Notes: generated from the sequence alone by a model not told the origin. 32,000 bases of DNA from Bacillus subtilis subsp. subtilis str. 168 (GCF_000009045.1 NC_000964.3:2670001-2702000); one strand, 5' to 3'; positions 20,383-29,243 are shown, counted from the first letter of the stretch. A program made the numbers and translations.

Positions 20383-20851
20383 AAATATGTTTTTTTATTA
20401 AATTAGTTATTTCATCAATCAACCGCTCAATATATTCTTGATTGAAGTTCACCTCAATTATTGGATCATCGTTCATAAAACCTCTTAATGCCACTTCAAC
20501 TTCTCTTAAATAATTTATATATTCCTGTAACTTGATATTCAGTTCTTTATCAAAGAGTATTGAAAATTTCTTAACAATCAGTTCAAATGCCGATAGCTCT
20601 TTAAAATAATCAGTATGTAATTTTTCTAAGTATCCTTCTGGGTGATTATAGAACGGTACAAAGGCAGCAGCGGTTTCAATTCTTTTATTGTTAATATTAT
20701 AAATCTCATCAATTAGTATATAGCCTTTTGTGAAAATTTCATTTCCTTTTCTATTCTTCTTTTGTAAAACATAATTAGTTCCACCTGTAAAAAAAACTGC
20801 TGTTATAGCACTAGTAATGACTGTACCAAAATCTATTTGAATCAATTTCAT
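20381..20851 (-). CDS. yqaR: Membrane-anchored protein of unknown function (YqaR)
   Basis: 156 aa, N-terminal hydrophobic segment (VITSAITAVFFTGGTNYVL) and long charged domain. RBS AAAAGGAGGGG. Confidence 0.83.
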   Translation of the reverse strand: MKLIQIDFGTVITSAITAVFFTGGTNYVLQKKNRKGNEIFTKGYILIDEIYNINNKRIETAAAFVPFYNHPEGYLEKLHTDYFKELSAFELIVKKFSILFDKELNIKLQEYINYLREVEVALRGFMNDDPIIEVNFNQEYIERLIDEITNLIKKHI

Positions 20852-20988
20852 CCCCTCCTTTTACTAATTATCGGCAAAAGAGAGCGATACAGGTACTATT
20901 CGCAAAATTTGTCGAACGAAACTGTTGTATAAAACCTAAATTTAGTGGTGACGCAGGAATAATTCGCCGCGCCGACCTGCCTCCCATT

Positions 20989-21444
20989 TTACACTACAGA
21001 TTTTTTCAGATTCAACAAACGCTCAAAGTGGCAATCTTGGCATAATTGGCTGATGAACTCATCTTTCATTTTGCGTACAGTTTCCCTTGAAATGCCAAGG
21101 TGAAGACTTATTGCGCGGTAGCTCATACCCTCCATCATGCAATCATAAATGACTTTATGCTGCTCACCATGGATCTTTTCAGCCCCTAATTCAACTGCAT
21201 ATACTCGCTCTTCATAATACTTAAGACGTTTGAAAAGACGTTCCTCTCTCATATCCATTTGCCTTAGCTCAGCCTGACTCTTCCCAGGACTTCCTTTTGG
21301 CATAGTAGCTTCTAATCCATATTGAGCAACACCCCAATTCTTCATGGGAATTACTGAACCATAGAGTACCCTTTGCAATCGACGAACCTCTTTCACCATC
21401 CAGTGATAGCTATTGATTAGATTTTCAATTTCTTTTCGATTCAT
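20989..21444 (-). CDS. yqaQ: ArpU/Xpf-type sigma-like late transcriptional regulator (YqaQ)
   Basis: Starting at MNRKEIENLINSYHW gives 151 aa. C-terminal HTH MSYRAISLHLGISRETVRKMKDEFISQL. RBS AAGGAGG precedes this ATG. Confidence 0.87.
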   Translation of the reverse strand: MNRKEIENLINSYHWMVKEVRRLQRVLYGSVIPMKNWGVAQYGLEATMPKGSPGKSQAELRQMDMREERLFKRLKYYEERVYAVELGAEKIHGEQHKVIYDCMMEGMSYRAISLHLGISRETVRKMKDEFISQLCQDCHFERLLNLKKSVV

Positions 21445-21472
21445 GAAAGTATCCTCCTTTTCAAAATAAAAA

Positions 21473-21515
21473 CGGACACCAAACATACAGCGTAATACTG
21501 TAAGTTCAGTGTCCG
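21473..21515 (-). terminator. Terminator/attenuator-like hairpin in the yqaQ leader
   Basis: Minus strand CGGACAC-tgaact-TACAG-tattacg-CTGTA-tgtttg-GTGTCCG directly followed by TTTTTATTTTG and then AAGGAGG-ATG. Confidence 0.65.
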
Positions 21516-21641
21516 CAGGCTTTCCGTCTTGGACTAACTGGATATTTTATGCTTTAATGAATTCACATTACCTAAGGAAAAAAATTCAACTCCCTCCTTA
21601 AATATGGTAAAATTTTATTATAAAGTAGTGGAGGTTGTTAT

Positions 21642-22571
21642 ATGAGAGTTAGAGAAATAAAAAATTTACTCGACAATTATAATAAACAAATTGGAGTTAG
21701 TGTTTCGCACGTACCGCACAGCAACAGAAAGACTGTTCTTAATTTACAAAAGTCTTTAGATGCAATTAACGAGTTGTCTAAACTTGGTTTTTTAGATGAT
21801 GATATTGAGAGATTTAAAGATCTAGGAAGTATATATTATTCACGTGTACCTGAAGATAAGATTGAAGTGGATAATCACATCGCTAATCAAATTACTAATC
21901 ATATAAAAATTGTAAAAGAAAAATTACGTGGTTTTGGAATTTTAATTGATCAGTCAGTTTCTGATCAAAATGAGAACGTAATTAGCGTAAAACTCCCTCA
22001 ATACAACTCATTAGAAGAACTAGAAAAATTCATCAAAAAATTAAATAATGCATTTCAGAATGGTATTACCCTTGAGGAAATTAATGGACATTATAAATTA
22101 CAGGGTTTTGACACAGGTTCAATGTGGATTGACATCTTAGTAAACAGTTCAGCTGCAGTAATATTTGTTGGACAACTTATAGATGCAGCTATAAACATTT
22201 CAAAGCGATCTCAAGAATTACTCATTACTAAGGCAAACATCGAAAAGCTAGCTCTTCAAAATGAGCAATTAAAGCTACAAGTCGAAACTTCCAAAGCTTT
22301 GCTAGATGGAATTGAAAAGGGTATTGACACAATAACAGATGCCGAAATAAAAAATGTTACTGAAGGAGCAAATTATTCAACAGAATCAATAGGACATATA
22401 AAACAATCGGTTAAAATCTTTGCAGAATTACTCCATGAAGGTACCCAATTCCACCCATCTTTAGATGCACCTTCTGAAACAGTTGAAGCCTTTCCTGAAC
22501 CCCAAAAGAATTTAGAAGAGCCTCAACAATTATTAGAAACATTAGCTGACAATTTACCTGAACAGGAATAA
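21642..22571 (+). CDS. yqaP: Protein of unknown function (YqaP), opposite strand to the phage operons
   Basis: 309-aa ORF with RBS GTGGAGG and a hydrophobic central segment. Own terminator follows. Confidence 0.85.
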   Translation: MRVREIKNLLDNYNKQIGVSVSHVPHSNRKTVLNLQKSLDAINELSKLGFLDDDIERFKDLGSIYYSRVPEDKIEVDNHIANQITNHIKIVKEKLRGFGILIDQSVSDQNENVISVKLPQYNSLEELEKFIKKLNNAFQNGITLEEINGHYKLQGFDTGSMWIDILVNSSAAVIFVGQLIDAAINISKRSQELLITKANIEKLALQNEQLKLQVETSKALLDGIEKGIDTITDAEIKNVTEGANYSTESIGHIKQSVKIFAELLHEGTQFHPSLDAPSETVEAFPEPQKNLEEPQQLLETLADNLPEQE

Positions 22572-22587
22572 CCTGCACATCCAAGCC

Positions 22588-22618
22588 GAAGGAGGAGATA
22601 TCCTCCTTCTTGTTTACC
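22588..22618 (+). terminator. Terminator of yqaP
   Basis: GAAGGAGGA-GATA-TCCTCCTTC followed by TTGTTTACCTTTTT. Confidence 0.75.
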
Positions 22619-22644
22619 TTTTTATAAAGTATTATATCTTCTTC

Positions 22645-22851
22645 TCATTTCACCTTAAACCCTATCTCATGATCAACCCTTGCAAAGCTGCCCTTTACAG
22701 TTTGAATCACTGTTTTGCCGTGCTCCGGAGCATCTAAAACATGTGCAGTTCCCTGATTCCCATCTAAAACAATGATCTGAACTTTTCCTGGGTCAATTTT
22801 CTGCTGAATAGTGAAGTCTTTTTTGATGTTTATTTCTCTTGGATTGTACAC
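22645..22851 (-). CDS. yqaO: Phage protein YqaO
   Basis: 68-aa ORF between yqaN and the accessory locus. Confidence 0.8.
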   Translation of the reverse strand: MYNPREINIKKDFTIQQKIDPGKVQIIVLDGNQGTAHVLDAPEHGKTVIQTVKGSFARVDHEIGFKVK

Positions 22852-22932
22852 TCAAAGCGCCCCCTATGTTATGATAGAAGTACCAGTTCATATCAAGAAC
22901 ACTGAGGCTAAGCGCTTCGGTGTTTTTTATTT

Positions 22933-23361
22933 TTAGGCAGAAACCTCTCTTATCATGACTTCCACCCTTGGCTCTTCGCTATAAAACTTACTGACTTTCA
23001 AATCCACAACCTGACTATCATCTTTGTATATCAGATGATTCAAAGCATCTTTCACGCCCTTTACATAATTATCAACGTCGGGCTTTGTAGTCGGCCGCAG
23101 AAGGCCCTTTTCAGCTTTCTCTTTCTTCTTTTTTGAGTTTGAAACTGACTTAGGCATTGGTCTGTACACTTTGACATCCATTGAGACAGGACCAGTAATA
23201 ATTGTTTCTGGTCGATGCTGAGACGCAACCAATGCCACATACTGTTTGAAATACTTTGATTTCGCTGGATCACGCATATGCACCTTCCCATTTCGTATTG
23301 ATCCACGCGGCCTTCCTTGTGCGACTGGCTCACCATAAACAGTGAACTTAATGCAATCCAA
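22933..23361 (-). CDS. yqaN: RusA-like Holliday junction resolvase (YqaN)
   Basis: FTVYGEPVAQGRPRGS, KPDVDNYVKGVKDALNHLIYKDDSQVVDLKVSKFYSEEPRVEV is the RusA signature. TTG start with GGGAGGT gives 142 aa; the track uses 23382. Confidence 0.9.
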   Translation of the reverse strand: MDCIKFTVYGEPVAQGRPRGSIRNGKVHMRDPAKSKYFKQYVALVASQHRPETIITGPVSMDVKVYRPMPKSVSNSKKKKEKAEKGLLRPTTKPDVDNYVKGVKDALNHLIYKDDSQVVDLKVSKFYSEEPRVEVMIREVSA

Positions 23362-23456
23362 CTGTTCTTTACCTCCCGTCAAGCTGTTCCCATAACTTAA
23401 TTTCTTTTTCTATTCTCGGTGCAGAAAGTAAAATTATCAGCAGAGACACGACTGCT

Positions 23457-23600
23457 TTAAGCACTCAGCATCCGCTCCATTTGCTTTATTTTTTCCTCAA
23501 GTAAACGGATTGTTGGTGTAAGATCTTTACCTTCATTTCGATTTGAAGGGCCAAATATATAAAGTCCACCAGTTGCTTTTATATTCGTTTTCTTTTTCAT
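23457..23600 (-). CDS. yqzO: Small conserved protein YqzO, 47 aa (not in ORF track)
   Basis: [47 protein letters not shown] read directly from the reverse strand. Confidence 0.75.
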   Translation of the reverse strand: MKKKTNIKATGGLYIFGPSNRNEGKDLTPTIRLLEEKIKQMERMLSA

Positions 23601-24538
23601 TCCCAATCACCTAACCTATGATTTAATTGCATTCGATCGCCTCTAATAATCACTATGTAATCACGGCACATCTGGTGAATTCGTGAACCAAGAGCCTCGT
23701 CTATATCCAAAATCTCATCGATTGTTAACTCCGAAGAAATCAGCAAAGGTTTGTGATTTAAATACCGGTAGTTCAAGACTGACTGGATTTGTTCAACCTG
23801 CCAGTCTGTTGCCCTTGGTTGACCGTTTATTGGTTTAAATAAATCATCAATGAATAGAACTTCGACCTTTCTCATGGCATCGAGTTTTGCTTCTAAGTTA
23901 TCAAAGTTAGCTTTCAAATCACCCATGCCCTCTACATAAGGGAAATACATGCAGTGTACTGATTTTTTCTTGATCAGATTATTCATAATCGCCGTGAGCA
24001 AATGAGTTTTACCGCTACCTGGCTGTCCAAGTAATGCGATACTGTTTTGCCTTTCTCCTTTGATCTTTTGAAAATCTTTATAGTATTCCACTGCACACTC
24101 ATAAGCGTCCTTGATCATGTCTGGCTTACCGTCCGTTATGAAGTTACCAAAGAGAAGCTTTTCAAACTCTTCTGTAATGCCACTAGCTGCCATGAGTCTG
24201 GCAATTTTCTTTCGTCTTACACATTCACACTGTTTTGAATAAGTATCTTTCCATTCGCTAGCTTTATCCGGCGTACAAACCTTACCTAACAGAAAATCAT
24301 CTTCCGACACCATATCGTCCGGAACCATAAGGTCTAACTGTTCATCTAAATGCCAAGAAGTGTCCTTATGGACTCGATAAACGACAATTCCACGATCCTT
24401 ACAATAAGGACAATCAAATTCAGCCTTTTCTTCTGATACGGCCTGTTTTGTTCCCAAAAAGCGGGCTGACCTTTCCCGAAGTTCCTGCATGATCGTTTGA
24501 AATGCGGTGTCTATACTGACTGCTTTGTTTATAGCCAT
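23597..24538 (-). CDS. yqaM: DnaC-like helicase loader (YqaM)
   Basis: Walker [17 protein letters not shown], Walker [14 protein letters not shown] with GAAAGGAGAAACAAT gives 313 aa; the track start at 24592 lies further into yqaL. Confidence 0.92.
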
Positions 24539-25130
24539 ATTGTTTCTCCTTTCTCTTTTGAGTGAATGGATTTGATAAGATGGCTTGAACATATGACAAA
24601 CTTGCAGCTTTCCCCTTTAATTGAAACGCTGTCTTGATAGCCTCCATCACTTTTTCCTCACCATAATCGTCGACCATGTAGCCGATCCGCTGTGCCTCCA
24701 TCGGGCCGACTGACCGAGCAACTTTGTTTTCATATAGCTCAAAGGCATTTTTCATTTTGTCATCGACCTCCTGATGTTCAATCTGAGCTGGTTCCAAAGC
24801 TTTGTTCTTCATGTAATTTCCTAGTTGTATGTAGTCTGCATAATGAAGTATGGTGACGATGAGCCCTCTTTTTTGTGGAAGACGGTGCAATTTGATATAT
24901 CCCTGTTTCTCCATTCGGTCTAGTGAGTATTTGATCTGTGCAGCTGACCAGTTAAAATCTTTTGCTAGTTCCACAACTTTGATAATGGTCTGCCCAAGTT
25001 CTAGCTCTTGATTTGGCCTGTATTCAGCTCTTTTGAACAAGTGATCATAAATTTTTTCATCCCTAAACTCTTTGAATGGTAGTCGGGGTATGACCACATA
25101 CCCCATTGCTTTTATGTCCAAGTCAATCAC
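24420..25130 (-). CDS. yqaL: DnaD-like replication initiation protein (YqaL)
   Basis: 236 aa with DnaD-like winged-helix and C-terminal domain features. Precedes the loader gene. Confidence 0.85.
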
Positions 25131-25172
25131 CTACTTCCTTTCACAGAGTGCAGTTATGTCAGAGATGCCGGC

Positions 25173-26027
25173 TCAATCAAACGGAAGTTCATCGTCTTTT
25201 ATATCTACAGGCTTGCCGTCAAAAGGATCGGTTTCTTGGGCGCTTGGTTTTTCCGTTTCATCTTTGTTTGAAGGCTCGGAATCGATAATTTCTGAACTGT
25301 CTGCCTCATTGGTAATGTCAATCCGTTCCCTTGTTTCATCTTCCTCAATAACTGCTTTTTGCATTTCAACAGAGAGAATCCCCCACTTGCTCAAAACTGC
25401 TTTTAATACAGTCTTAAGAGCCATCGCATCCCAGTCATTTTTCCATCCAAAATCAGACTTACTGAATTTCTTTTTGTGCTTCTCTACTTGTGCCTTTGTC
25501 CAGTACACTGTTTTTCGGAAGCCATTTATCAACTCAAAATAAGCTGCATAACCAATTACCGCGTCTGATTCTCGTTTTTCAAAATCAATCTCGATCTCCT
25601 CAGTCAACGGATTCCACTTCTGCAATTCGCCTTCATGAATCGGTATGCAATTGATGGATTTATATTGGCCTGTTCGTAAGGCTAGCTGGATATATCCTTT
25701 GTATCCAAGCTGAAATTGAGCCTTACCTCCGTAAGGAACAATCCAGGCATACCCTAAGTTTTTATCTATAGGTAAATCGAGTGTAGCTGCCACCATTGCT
25801 GAGGATATGACGCTCATAGGATCTGTTTTCTGTAGCATCTGCTCGCTGTTATAAAGGCTTAAGATAGAAGCAGTAAACTGTGTAGCCCTCTTCCCTAACA
25901 CTTCCTCAAATCGTTTAATAACAGATGGTGAGGAAAGTAGCCCTTTCATTGTTGCTCCTTGTTGTTGCACAGGTACGTTTTTTTGTTTCTTTTGGATGTT
26001 GTTTTTAATTGATTGATTAGTAGCCAT
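25173..26027 (-). CDS. yqaK: RecT-family single-strand annealing recombinase (YqaK)
   Basis: 284 aa, NLGYAWIVPYGGKAQFQLGYKGYIQLALRTGQYKSI is the RecT signature. Confidence 0.95.
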   Translation of the reverse strand: MATNQSIKNNIQKKQKNVPVQQQGATMKGLLSSPSVIKRFEEVLGKRATQFTASILSLYNSEQMLQKTDPMSVISSAMVAATLDLPIDKNLGYAWIVPYGGKAQFQLGYKGYIQLALRTGQYKSINCIPIHEGELQKWNPLTEEIEIDFEKRESDAVIGYAAYFELINGFRKTVYWTKAQVEKHKKKFSKSDFGWKNDWDAMALKTVLKAVLSKWGILSVEMQKAVIEEDETRERIDITNEADSSEIIDSEPSNKDETEKPSAQETDPFDGKPVDIKDDELPFD

Positions 26028-26029
26028 AA

Positions 26030-26989
26030 TCAGCTAACCTCCTTGATTCCAAAACGTCTGAAATGAGTTTCCTTTTTAACTTTCTCGTATACATCCGGAA
26101 ACTGGTCTTTGAGCTTTTTCGTGTCAATTCGATTTGAGACAACAGGCTTCCAGCAAGCTTGATAGTTACCGATAAACCCATACTCTGCATCCTTCATTTC
26201 ATGTTTGATTTGGTTCTCTAATTCTTTTGCCTGGCTTTGAAGCTCTGAGATCTGTTCTTTAATAAGCAAGTATTGTTGAATACGTTCTCGATTAGCCGCA
26301 GTTAAATCAATAGCTTTGTTATTTTCCGTTTCGGCATATCGTTTTTTGAGGTATTCCTCCGCAGCACTTGAACCATCTAAAGCAGGAGCTTGTCCACCTA
26401 AGACCTTGTCATTCCAGAACTCAATCTCTGCTTTAAAGATCATGTCAATTAACTCGTCGTCTCGCTCAATCTCTTTCCAGACAAATTTGTTCCCGCCAAT
26501 CAGCACAGCAAAATAAGCTTTCCGATATTCAGGTCCAAGCACACCCAGATAATGCTGGACCTGAACGATATAGCTCTCGGGGATTTCTTCGTCCTCCCAT
26601 TCTTTTAAGTTGTAGGCTGATGTTGTTTTACATTCAAGGATCGCTTTTTCACCAACGATCATTCGATCAACATTAGCCAAAATGAAATTATATTCTGGAT
26701 GTCTGAGTATTGCTTTTTTACGTCTAACCTTCTTGCCACTACGTATCTCAAATTCTTTTGCAACAATATCTTCTAGCAATGATCCAAAGTAAGCAGCTTC
26801 ACTTTGCGATTCACTAACAGGGACCTGTCCTGTTTTGTCTAACCATAATTCAAAAGGTGTCTTCCACTTGTTCAGCCCCAAGATAATGGATGCATCTGAG
26901 CCGCCAATTCCTTTTCTTCTTTCAATAAGCCATTCATCACGGCTCATTTCAGAATTCTTAGCAAGAACCTCAGCCCGTTTGCTTGTCAT
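26030..26989 (-). CDS. yqaJ: YqaJ-family viral recombinase/exonuclease
   Basis: 319 aa, RRKGIGGSDASIILGLNKWKTPFELWLDKTG and ILECKTTSAYN nuclease motif. Confidence 0.95.
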   Translation of the reverse strand: MTSKRAEVLAKNSEMSRDEWLIERRKGIGGSDASIILGLNKWKTPFELWLDKTGQVPVSESQSEAAYFGSLLEDIVAKEFEIRSGKKVRRKKAILRHPEYNFILANVDRMIVGEKAILECKTTSAYNLKEWEDEEIPESYIVQVQHYLGVLGPEYRKAYFAVLIGGNKFVWKEIERDDELIDMIFKAEIEFWNDKVLGGQAPALDGSSAAEEYLKKRYAETENNKAIDLTAANRERIQQYLLIKEQISELQSQAKELENQIKHEMKDAEYGFIGNYQACWKPVVSNRIDTKKLKDQFPDVYEKVKKETHFRRFGIKEVS

Positions 26990-27070
26990 TCCACCTAACC
27001 CCCATTGTTTTTATTGAGGCTATCTGATAAAATATTTGCACATGAGTTTTTTTAGATAGCCTTTAAAGAA

Positions 27071-27096
27071 GTCCACTTTGCCGAGTGGGCTTTTTT
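27071..27096 (+). terminator. Hairpin with plus-strand T-tract between yqaI and yqaJ
   Basis: GTCCACT-TTGCCG-AGTGGGC-TTTTTTATTG. Confidence 0.55.
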
Positions 27097-27289
27097 ATTG
27101 CGCGTTTTTAAATTCAAAACCAAGTTGCTCCCTTAGATACCTTTCCAAGTTCTCTCTGAGAATGATTTCGCCGCCATCAATTACATAATCATCAACTGGT
27201 GTTACTTCATCACCGTAAAAATCTATTTGTACATCCGTTTCAGTCAGCTTATCGTGCCAGTTGTTTATGACCATTGGATTTTCGACCAT
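27095..27289 (-). CDS. yqaI: Small phage protein YqaI, 64 aa
   Basis: MVENPMVINNWHDKLTETDVQIDFYGDEVTPVDDYVIDGG...; GAGGAGAATAAGA precedes this ATG. The track start at 27346 is upstream. Confidence 0.85.
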   Translation of the reverse strand: MVENPMVINNWHDKLTETDVQIDFYGDEVTPVDDYVIDGGEIILRENLERYLREQLGFEFKNAQ

Positions 27290-27418
27290 TCTTATTCTCC
27301 TCTCTGAATTTGTCTGCACGTCTATCCCATAACAGATGGAATTCACTATTGTTACGAATCATCACACACCATTTACGAACTTCCAGAGCAGTTGCCGGTT
27401 TATGAACAAAATGAACCA

Positions 27419-27676
27419 TCATCCTATACACCTGCTCACTACAGTTAAGTTGATACCTTGCTGTTGCATTTTCAATGCCGTTTCATAAAGGCGTCCTTTG
27501 TTTGCAAGCCGGCTAATATCCTCAGTAAGAACCTTGATGCTTCCAGCAAGACTAATCGCTTCTTCATAATCACCATCACGTAATGCCTCTGACAGCATGA
27601 TTGATAGCTCTTCTGCTGATTCGATTTTTCTTTTTGCGATAGGAACATCTGCCTTCAAGAAATGATTAGTATTCAT
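27419..27676 (-). CDS. yqaH: YqaH, small early protein (homologue reported to interact with DnaA)
   Basis: 85-aa [46 protein letters not shown]. Confidence 0.85.
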
Positions 27677-28242
27677 ACTGAAACCGCCTGCCTTCCTTCT
27701 TGTTTTGCCATAGCAACTTGATCAACTAGAGCTTTCCGCGTCCATCTATCTGCAAGTTCCTGCATTTTCAACCCGTGAGTACGAACAAGTGAATAAATCA
27801 ATGTTTTGTTAGCCGCAATCAAATCAAAAATCTGCTTAATATCGGCCATCGGCAGCTCCTCTGTTTTACCTGGTCGGTTATCCGTGAGCCAACGGGCTAA
27901 ATGTTTGGTTGCTTGCAGTGCTTCCTCCAATTGGTGAACCATATTAATCACCGCATTACTTGCACATTCATTGAGTGCCGGATCAATAGGAGCAGCGGCT
28001 GTAGGATGAAGTTTGAATAAGTAATGTACAAGATCAATATGTTCATAGGCAGCGCACTTCTCAAACCATTTAATACATAACTCTGGAGTAAGCTTGGCAA
28101 GTCCATTTTCAACATCTGAAACATACCTTTGATCCTTACCTCCGATTAACTTGCCGATTTGGTATTGTGAAAGACCTGCAGCCTTACGGGCACTACGCAT
28201 AATCTGCGGTAAATTACGCATATTGTATGGGTTGTTCTCCAT
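27673..28242 (-). CDS. yqaG: Xre-type DNA-binding protein YqaG
   Basis: 189 aa, N-terminal [40 protein letters not shown]. Confidence 0.87.
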
Positions 28243-28315
28243 ATGTTTGCCTCCTGTTATATTAGGTTTTTAGTTTTAAAATTGAAGTTGAAAGACCATG
28301 CTGTTTATAAATGAC

Positions 28316-28456
28316 TTAGGCTGATTCCTTTTTATTTTTTTGCGCAAGCTTCTCTTGGTGTTCATTCATACGCTGAACAAGTATGCCACTGAGGTATTTG
28401 TAGGCTTTGGCCTCTGCCTGTTCAAACAGTGGTCCTTTTTTCAAGATGACTTTCAT
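28316..28456 (-). CDS. Small protein of 46 aa (not in ORF track)
   Basis: MKVILKKGPLFEQAEAKAYKYLSGILVQRMNEHQEKLAQKNKKESA with strong RBS AAAGGAGG. Lies between yqaF and yqaG. Confidence 0.7.
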   Translation of the reverse strand: MKVILKKGPLFEQAEAKAYKYLSGILVQRMNEHQEKLAQKNKKESA

Positions 28457-28485
28457 AATTAAAAGGCCTCCTTTGTGAATTCTAA

Positions 28486-28716
28486 TCATGCTGAATCCTT
28501 AGAATTATGTTTCGTTTCGTTACATACATCCTCAAAAAAAATAGTCCAGTCAAAGCCTAATTTCTCTCCTATTTTTTTTGAGACAATAACACTAGGCTTC
28601 CTAGTACCATTTTCTATCATGGTGTAGTATGCTCTACCAATCTGTGCAGCTTTGGCAACTTCTTCTTGAGTAAACCCTTTTTCTAAGCGGTTTTTCTTAA
28701 GCCATTTTCTCATCAT
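28486..28716 (-). CDS. yqaF: Cro-like Xre-family regulator YqaF
   Basis: 76 aa, HTH MRKWLKKNRLEKGFTQEEVAKAAQIGRAYYTMIENGTRKPS. Confidence 0.88.
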   Translation of the reverse strand: MMRKWLKKNRLEKGFTQEEVAKAAQIGRAYYTMIENGTRKPSVIVSKKIGEKLGFDWTIFFEDVCNETKHNSKDSA

Positions 28717-28740
28717 TTTTCACCCCCTTAATCAGAAAAT

Positions 28741-28848
28741 GTAACGTTTCGTTACTTAGATAATAGTATCGATTCGTTACATTGTCAACACATTTTCATA
28801 AAAAAAGTATCGTTTTGTTACCAAAACTTATATGTAACCCTTTGTTAC
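28741..28848. promoter_or_regulatory. Divergent operator/promoter region between sknR and yqaF with four 15-bp dyads
   Basis: GTAACGTTTCGTTAC (28741-28755), GTATCGATTCGTTAC (28766-28780), GTATCGTTTTGTTAC (28807-28821), GTAACCCTTTGTTAC (28834-28848). Confidence 0.88.
28760..28788 (-). promoter_or_regulatory. Early promoter driving yqaF and downstream genes
   Basis: Minus strand TTGACA-N17-TATTAT with one operator dyad filling the spacer. Confidence 0.85.
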
Positions 28849-28892
28849 GTTACAATGAGATATAGAATAAAAACAAAAGTCAGGTGATTAAT

Positions 28893-29243
28893 ATGTTCTC
28901 CGAGAACTTGAAAAAGTGCAGAAAACAAAAGAAACTAACCCAACAAAATATGGCTGATAAACTTGGAATTACTCGGCCTGCCTACACCGCCTATGAACTA
29001 GGTAGTCGTGAGCCTGACTATAAAACCTTAATTAATATTTCAAACATACTTGATGTTTCTTTGGATTATCTTCTTAAAGGAGAAAGCAATGAAAAAGTAT
29101 TTCAGGATGAAGCAAAAAAAGTGTTAAACGATCCTGAAACATTCCTTGCAGCAAAAGACGGTGAGGTAACAGATGAGATCTTACAGGCTGCTTTGGAGAT
29201 TATAACGGAGCAATTAAAAGAAAGACGGAAATCAGATAAATAA
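28893..29243 (+). CDS. sknR: SknR repressor (YqaE), Xre family
   Basis: MFSENLKKCRKQKKLTQQNMADKLGITRPAYTAYELGSREPDYKTL gives 116 aa from the 28893 ATG. Confidence 0.92.
   Translation: MFSENLKKCRKQKKLTQQNMADKLGITRPAYTAYELGSREPDYKTLINISNILDVSLDYLLKGESNEKVFQDEAKKVLNDPETFLAAKDGEVTDEILQAALEIITEQLKERRKSDK

Noticed and set aside
25072-25542. 156-aa plus-strand ORF opposite yqaK
   Set aside because: Antisense shadow of the clear RecT gene yqaK, with no independent signals.
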